64,000 nt of DNA from assembly GCA_964631985.1 (NCBI GenBank), contig CAZWAX010000002.1, forward strand, positions 2,129 through 66,128, given 5' to 3'. Positions 58,851-64,000 of the stretch are shown one piece after another (the first letter of the stretch is position 1; each line of letters begins with the position of its first letter). The notes under the pieces are model-generated. The model was given only the letters and a program-made list of their open reading frames with translations. It was not told the DNA's origin and ran no database searches. Position numbers and translations under genes: made by a program. Source of the stretch: an uncultured Polyangiaceae bacterium (GTDB taxonomy: Bacteria > Desulfobacterota > Binatia > UTPRO1).

Positions 58851-60242
58851 GAGCGTAACCGGAGAGGGCAGGGAATGGAGTCCCCCCTTTCGCGGACGTT
58901 GAGCACTCGCGGGGTGGGATCTAGGCGAGTCGTCAGCGGACAAAGGCACGACTTTCACTGTTCGTCTGCTGCCTCGCAGGTTTTCCCAGCAGCCCGACGA
59001 TGTGAAGTGGCGGTGCCGGAGAGGCAACGGCGCGCCCGATGGCCGGGCGCAAGGGTGTTCAGGCCCGACGACGCTGTGCCTCCGCTTTGTCGCCCAGCAG
59101 GCACAGCATGATCTGGTCTCGCCGTCGTCGCCGTTCCGCCATCGGTAACGCCTCGCACACCGCGCAGAGCACGAGCGCGTCGGGATTCGCGACGGCATTC
59201 GTTGAAGGCGCGCGACCGACCATCAGCAGTCGATCGCAGAGAACACAGCGCGCGGCGGGCATGGCTTCCCTTTCATCCCTTCGGCGCGCGTCGTCAATTC
59301 CGGAGTGTTACAGAGGGGGTGTAGGCACGCCGGGATGGCGCTTCCCTAACGCAAAGCGCCAAATGGGAGCACGTCGTATTATGCTAGCGTCCACTGCATG
59401 CGAGCCCCGAACGTGACCGGATCGTTCGGGAAGCGGCGACGGCCTCGGACGGTGCGCGGCGGTCGTATCTCGCCGCGACTGCGGCGGCAGACAGGCTTGG
59501 TCTCTCGCCGCGACGTGGACGACTGCTTTGAGCGGACACGCCGCGCGGTCCATCGTTCGGCCATAGGCGCGACCCAGCCGGATGTTCATGAGAACTGCGG
59601 CGCCGCGGATCACTCACCATACGCGAGTTCGTCCATCACCGGGGCGACCACGGGCAACGCTTGCGCTTCTGACGCCCGCGACCCTTCCAAAAGAGTGAGC
59701 CTCGCCCGATTTCGACAGTGCCAATCTTTTCGCCCTCGTGAAAGACCTCGAGCATTAGCGACGTCCCGGTCTTCGTGAGTTCGTGAACATGGAGCGTCGC
59801 TTAAGCGGTATGGGTTTGGCGTCGCGTGACCTTCGCTTCCTCTTAGTCGGCATGACGGGAATCCGTATTCGGAATCGGCTCGACCTTAGTAGCCTACCGA
59901 CCGCGAGCGAGACATGATCTATGCGCGAGGCGTCCGCCGCTGTCCCTTTGGACTGCGTGGGCGCCGTACCGAGGGTACAGCCCGCAGACAACGCAGGCTT
60001 CGCTCATCAATTCGCCCCGGCGTGGTTGGTCTGCCTTGGCAGAGTTCGACCGTGCTTGGCCTATACGCGGCTGCTCAGGGGACGCCATCGGAGGAACTGC
60101 CCGACGGGACGAGGACATGGTCCATTCTGTAGCAGTGAACCTTGCCGTGACCAACCGGCGCGCAGACGTGTGCAGTCTGGGTTCTTGATCAGTTCGTAGT
60201 GCAGCTCGCGGACTCTTGAGGCTTTCATCGAAGCCGGATTCC

Positions 60243-60305
60243 AGCGGTCCCCTACTCTGAATCCTTCGTCTTGCTTACGCATCATAAAGGACGTTATGAT
60301 ACTCT
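60243..60305. repeat. ~60-bp imperfect direct repeat copy B (att-like)
   Basis: agcggtcccctactctgaatccttcgtcttgcttacgcatcataaaggacgttatgatactct. It lies immediately upstream of the small ORF and the tyrosine integrase. Confidence 0.7.
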
Positions 60306-60339
60306 GAGAACATCGGGAAACCTAGAAGAGGGGTCGGAA

Positions 60340-60615
60340 ATGGACGGCGATGAGGACGGTCAGATCGAGGGGCCAAAAATGTCGCCGGCGACGTCGGCCG
60401 CGGCCGAACTCAGCGCGCGGATCGACGAGGTCGTGCGATCGTTCGAAGCCCGCGTTCCGGATCCGCTGCCAGCGGACACGCTTCAAGCTCTGCGGGCCGA
60501 GGTCCTCCAGCTCGCGCGCGCCCATGCCGCCCGAACGGTCCTCGAGACCGTCACGGCCCGATATGCGGCTCGACACCCGCCGCGGCCGCGGCGCCCCTGG
60601 AGCCGCCGGCCGTGA
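60340..60615 (+). CDS. small hypothetical protein upstream of the integrase (excisionase-like position)
   Basis: 91 aa. Its stop overlaps the integrase GTG start (GTGA). Confidence 0.35.
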   Translation: MDGDEDGQIEGPKMSPATSAAAELSARIDEVVRSFEARVPDPLPADTLQALRAEVLQLARAHAARTVLETVTARYAARHPPRPRRPWSRRP

Positions 60616-61643
60616 GGCCCGAGGATCCGATCATGCCTGAACCCTGGGAACTCGCCGTCGTCGAGAAGCCGAAGCGGCTGAGCGCTGAGGATTGCGCGAT
60701 GGTGCCGGCGCTGATTCGCAGCGCCGGCGACCGTGCGGCATGGCGCTTTCTCGAGTTCTTCACCGCGAACATTCGAAACAAGAACACCCGGATCGCCTAT
60801 GCGCGTGCCGTACGGCTCTTTTGCGACTGGCTCGACGAGCGCGGCATCCACGATCTTGCTCACGTGAACCCCGTCTTCGTCGCCGCGTACGTGGAGCATC
60901 TCGGCGAGCGCTTCTCGAGGCCCACAGTGAAGCAGCACCTCGCGGCCATCCGAATGCTGATGGACTATCTCGTGACCGGCGGAGTTCTGCCCTTCAACCC
61001 CGCCGCGGCCGTTCGCGGGCCCAAGCACGTTGTGAAGCGGGGAAAAACTCCGGTGCTTTCTGCTGCCGAAGCCAGGCAGCTCCTCGACTCGATCTCGCTC
61101 GCCGGCGACGACGGATCCGTTGACATTGTGGGTCTTCGCGATCGCGCACTCATCGGCCTCATGGTCTTCAGCTTCGCTCGGGTCGGCGCTGCCATTTCGA
61201 TGCGCGTTGAAGACTACTACGCGGAAGGCAAACGGTGGTGGTTCCGATTGCACGAGAAAGGCGGCAAGCGACACGAGGTTCCCGCGCATCACAACGCCGA
61301 GGCATACATGGACGCTTATCTCGAGGCGTCGGGTCACAAGGCGGAGAAGCGTTCCCCCCTCTTCCGCACCACCCGCGGCCGCAGCGGTGAGCTCACCCCG
61401 AAGCCGATGCACCGGGTAGATGCTCTTCGGATGATCAAGCGCCGCGCTAAGGCGGCCGGGTTACCCGCTGCAGTCTGCTGTCACACGTTCCGTGCGACCG
61501 GCATCACCGCCTACCTCGAGAACGGCGGCACGATCGAGAACGCGCAAGCGATCGCCGCGCACGAGAGTCCCCGCACGACTAAGCTCTACGACCGCACCGA
61601 CGACGCGATCACGCTCGACGAGGTTGAGCGAATCGCTATTTAG
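60612..61643 (+). CDS. tyrosine-type site-specific recombinase/integrase
   Basis: C-terminal catalytic region with R...HxxR...Y (CHTFRATGITAYL, ESPRTTKLYD). Confidence 0.85.
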   Translation: MRPEDPIMPEPWELAVVEKPKRLSAEDCAMVPALIRSAGDRAAWRFLEFFTANIRNKNTRIAYARAVRLFCDWLDERGIHDLAHVNPVFVAAYVEHLGERFSRPTVKQHLAAIRMLMDYLVTGGVLPFNPAAAVRGPKHVVKRGKTPVLSAAEARQLLDSISLAGDDGSVDIVGLRDRALIGLMVFSFARVGAAISMRVEDYYAEGKRWWFRLHEKGGKRHEVPAHHNAEAYMDAYLEASGHKAEKRSPLFRTTRGRSGELTPKPMHRVDALRMIKRRAKAAGLPAAVCCHTFRATGITAYLENGGTIENAQAIAAHESPRTTKLYDRTDDAITLDEVERIAI

Positions 61644-61683
61644 CAAGCACCTTTCGCTTGACTTTCGCCTGTGCACTGCCAGG

Positions 61684-61875
61684 ATGTTTGTGCGTTTTCA
61701 GGGCCAACGCACTACACGCTGGCGAGAGGGGGTGAGTCTTTTGGGGAAGAATGAACAAACCGGAAAGGCCGCAGGGTCGGCGGCGTCGAAGGTTCTCCGC
61801 AACCCGCAGTCGTCGAAGGCGACGAAGTCGGCAGCGGCCTCCGCACTCACGCAACGACCTAACAAGAAGCGCTAG
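61684..61875 (+). CDS. small basic hypothetical protein
   Basis: 63 aa, Lys/Ala/Ser-rich. Higher GC3 than the overlapping alternative frame. No recognisable domain. Confidence 0.25.
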   Translation: MFVRFQGQRTTRWREGVSLLGKNEQTGKAAGSAASKVLRNPQSSKATKSAAASALTQRPNKKR

Positions 61876-61883
61876 AACGTCCG

Positions 61884-61917
61884 GTGCCTGGTCGTCCATG
61901 GTTGGTCGACCAGGCAC
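61884..61917. terminator. 11-bp perfect inverted repeat (gtgcctggtcg / cgaccaggcac) with a 12-nt loop; possible terminator or operator
   Basis: Stem-loop lying between the small ORF stop (61875) and the TcmP start. No U-tract follows. Confidence 0.3.
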
Positions 61918-61952
61918 ACCGACACCGCGTAGGTGCTCCCCGAAAGCAGCTC

Positions 61953-63077
61953 ATGAGTTCATTCTTCGATGAAACCACCGCTCAGTCGGCCATCAAGGCC
62001 AAAATCGTCAGCGACTACTTTTGGGCGTGGGCGAAGGTCATCATCCCCACCGCTAAGAAACACGGCGACCGCATCGGCTACATCGACCTCTTCGCTGGCC
62101 CGGGCCGCTACGCAGACGGGACGAAGTCAACGCCACTCCTGGTTCTGGAGAAAGCTATTGGCGACGCTGACATGCGGCGCATGCTTGTCACGCTCTTCAA
62201 CGACGCCGACCCCGACAACATCGCATCCCTTGAAAAGGAAATCGCTGCCCTGCCAGGCATCGAGAAACTCAAACATAAACCGATTGTTCGGAACCAAATC
62301 GTCGACACAGAGGTAGCCAAGTTCTTCAGTGGCAGGAACGTCATCCCGAGTTTCTTCTTCATCGACCCGTGGGGCTACAAGGGACTTTCGCTGGACCTCA
62401 TCAATTCTGTCCTCAAGGACTGGGGATGTGACTGCGTCTTCTTCTTCAACTTCAACCGCATCAACATGGGGGTAACGAACGAAGCGGTCGCGCCTCACCT
62501 CAATGCGCTCTTCGGAGAGCAGCGTGCCGAAGCCCTTAGAGTGCTTCTCCCTACGCTGGCGCCGCCACAGCGCGAACTCGCCATCGTCGAGAACCTCGTC
62601 GAGGCGCTCAAGGAGAAGGGAGCGGGCTACGTGTTGCCGTTCTGCTTCAAGAACGAGCAGGGCACCCGGACGAGCCACCATCTTGTCTTCGTCACAAAAC
62701 ACCCCAAGGGCTACCAGATCATGAAAGACATCATGGCGCGCGAGAGCTCGTCTGCAGAGCAGGGCGTGCCCTCCTTCGACTACAATCCCGCACCCACAGA
62801 CCCGCAGATGAAGCTGCTCTTTGAGCTCGCTCGCCCTCTCGACGACCTCGCGGGTATGCTGCTCGAGCGCTTCGCCGGCCAGACTTTGACGGCAGGAGAA
62901 GTCTTCGAGAGACACAATGTCGGCACTCGGTTTATAGGACGCAACTACAAGGATGTGCTTCGCAAGATGGAAGCCGAAGGCCTAATCAAGACGAACCCAC
63001 CGGCTCCGCAAAGGCGGAAGCTAAAGGGCGAAGTGACCTTTGCGGACCGGGTCGTCGTGAAGTTTCCGAAAAGGTGA
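61953..63077 (+). CDS. three-Cys-motif partner protein TcmP-like
   Basis: N-terminus MSSFFDETTAQSAIKAKIVSDYFWAWAKVI resembles the recalled TcmP family. Lower GC and A/T-ending codons. 3-nt gap to the downstream Gp37/Gp68 gene. Confidence 0.7.
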   Translation: MSSFFDETTAQSAIKAKIVSDYFWAWAKVIIPTAKKHGDRIGYIDLFAGPGRYADGTKSTPLLVLEKAIGDADMRRMLVTLFNDADPDNIASLEKEIAALPGIEKLKHKPIVRNQIVDTEVAKFFSGRNVIPSFFFIDPWGYKGLSLDLINSVLKDWGCDCVFFFNFNRINMGVTNEAVAPHLNALFGEQRAEALRVLLPTLAPPQRELAIVENLVEALKEKGAGYVLPFCFKNEQGTRTSHHLVFVTKHPKGYQIMKDIMARESSSAEQGVPSFDYNPAPTDPQMKLLFELARPLDDLAGMLLERFAGQTLTAGEVFERHNVGTRFIGRNYKDVLRKMEAEGLIKTNPPAPQRRKLKGEVTFADRVVVKFPKR

Positions 63078-63080
63078 TGA

Positions 63081-63833
63081 ATGGGCGCTAACTCCGCCAT
63101 CGAGTGGACTGAGGCGACTTGGAACCCCGTTACCGGGTGCGACAAGATAAGCCCCGGCTGCAAGCACTGCTACGCGGAACGCATGGCTGAACGGCTGCAA
63201 GCCATGGGTCAGCGGAACTACCGGAACGGCTTTGAGCTAACACTGCAAGAGCATGCCCTCCGACTTCCGCTCTCCTGGAAGAAACCACAGACCATCTTCG
63301 TGAACTCGATGAGCGACCTCTTCCACGTCGACGTTCCCGCAAGTTTCATCGCACGTGTCTTTGACGTCATGTGTCGCGCCGCCTGGCATCACTTCCAGGT
63401 CTTGACGAAACGGGCCGAGCGACTCGAGGAGCTCGCGCCGTCGCTCCCCTGGCAGCCGAACATCTGGATGGGTGTCAGCGTCGAGCGCGCAGACTACACC
63501 TTTCGCATCGACCACCTCCGGCGAACGAATGCCGGCACGAAGTTTTTGTCTCTCGAACCGCTTCTCGGTCCTCTGGCCGACTTGAACCTCGCTGGAATCG
63601 ACTGGGTCATCGTGGGTGGCGAGTCAGGACCAGGGGCTCGACCAATGGCAGGGGATTGGGTGAGCGACATCCGCGACCAATGCCTCCGTGCCGGCGTGCC
63701 TTTCTTCTTCAAGCAATGGGGCGGTGTGAACAAGAAGAAGACTGGACGCCTCCTAGAGGGCCGCACCTGGGACGAAATGCCCCATCCGTCGCGTGCATCG
63801 GCACCTCTGGCCGCCTCCGACCTGCGCGGGTGA
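63081..63833 (+). CDS. phage Gp37/Gp68 family protein (DUF5131, three-Cys motif)
   Basis: N-terminal [14 protein letters not shown] and Cys triad [11 protein letters not shown], characteristic of the DUF5131 family. Confidence 0.8.
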   Translation: MGANSAIEWTEATWNPVTGCDKISPGCKHCYAERMAERLQAMGQRNYRNGFELTLQEHALRLPLSWKKPQTIFVNSMSDLFHVDVPASFIARVFDVMCRAAWHHFQVLTKRAERLEELAPSLPWQPNIWMGVSVERADYTFRIDHLRRTNAGTKFLSLEPLLGPLADLNLAGIDWVIVGGESGPGARPMAGDWVSDIRDQCLRAGVPFFFKQWGGVNKKKTGRLLEGRTWDEMPHPSRASAPLAASDLRG

Positions 63834-64000
63834 GAATCGCCACCAATCATTGTCGCGCACAACCATCCGTCGGGAGACCTTACGCCATCGGATGCTGATC
63901 GCTCAGTTACGAAGCGTCTCGCCGAAGCTGGCTCTCTCCTAGGCATCCCGCTCCTCGACCACCTCATCGTGACCGGCGCGGGATTCTACTCCTTGCAGGA
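63834..64000 (+). pseudogene. RadC-family JAMM domain C-terminal fragment (N-terminus missing; runs off the window)
   Basis: [43 protein letters not shown] matches the RadC JAMM core HNHPSG...D. No start codon. It is in frame with, and directly after, the Gp37/Gp68 stop. Confidence 0.55.

Larger units (their letters stand above)
60243..64000. mobile_element. integrase-associated genomic island (partial; extends beyond the window end)
   Basis: att-like repeat, small ORF, tyrosine recombinase, then a lower-GC TcmP/three-Cys gene pair and a RadC fragment. Confidence 0.5.

Noticed and set aside
1-64000. Scan for CRISPR arrays, rRNA and tRNA
   Set aside because: No regularly spaced short repeats, no rRNA-like conserved stretches and no tRNA-like structures were noticed. 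Intergenic space is minimal across most of the window.

Overview
This is a 64-kb, GC-rich (~68%) bacterial window. It is probably from a Gram-negative organism, because a TolC-type outer-membrane factor is co-encoded with an EmrAB-like efflux pump. No rRNA, tRNA or CRISPR array was recognised.

Most of the window is a densely packed, largely plus-strand catabolic supercluster for hydrophobic substrates (alkane, alicyclic, isoprenoid or steroid-like). Many start/stop overlaps (ATGA/GTGA) indicate translational coupling. The oxygenase content is:
- two P450s, one a CYP153-type P450 followed by a ferredoxin reductase and a 2Fe-2S ferredoxin
- a type I Baeyer-Villiger monooxygenase next to an HSL-family esterase
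- three luciferase-like flavin monooxygenases plus one N-terminal relic
- an FNR-type reductase, a MerR regulator and a diiron ferritin-like oxygenase.

The beta-oxidation content is seven acyl-CoA dehydrogenases (one overlapping alpha/beta-like pair), three crotonases, an igr-like hotdog/MaoC + SCP-x thiolase + DUF35 module with a second thiolase-DUF35 pair, several SDRs, an ALDH and two Zn-ADHs. Also present are two paralogous amidohydrolase-2 proteins, a D-aminoacylase-like amidohydrolase, three MBL-fold hydrolases (one AHL-lactonase-like), a CoA-transferase and PaaI/hotdog thioesterases.

Regulators are two TetR, one XRE-cupin, one MerR and an orphan GAF-PAS histidine kinase.

Three things stand out:
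1. An unknown-function gene trio (protein X, a ferritin-like protein, protein Z) sits on an 8.6-kb module bracketed by ~60-bp imperfect direct repeats. A full paralog of X and a truncated relic of Z lie elsewhere in the window.
2. The 3' end is a lower-GC integrase island: a small ORF and a tyrosine integrase, then a TcmP-like protein and a three-Cys-motif Gp37/Gp68 (DUF5131) protein, then a RadC C-terminal remnant.
3. Several pseudogene relics (a histidine-kinase ATPase, a NUDIX-like tail, a frameshifted SDR, an LLM N-terminus) point to a history of rearrangement.
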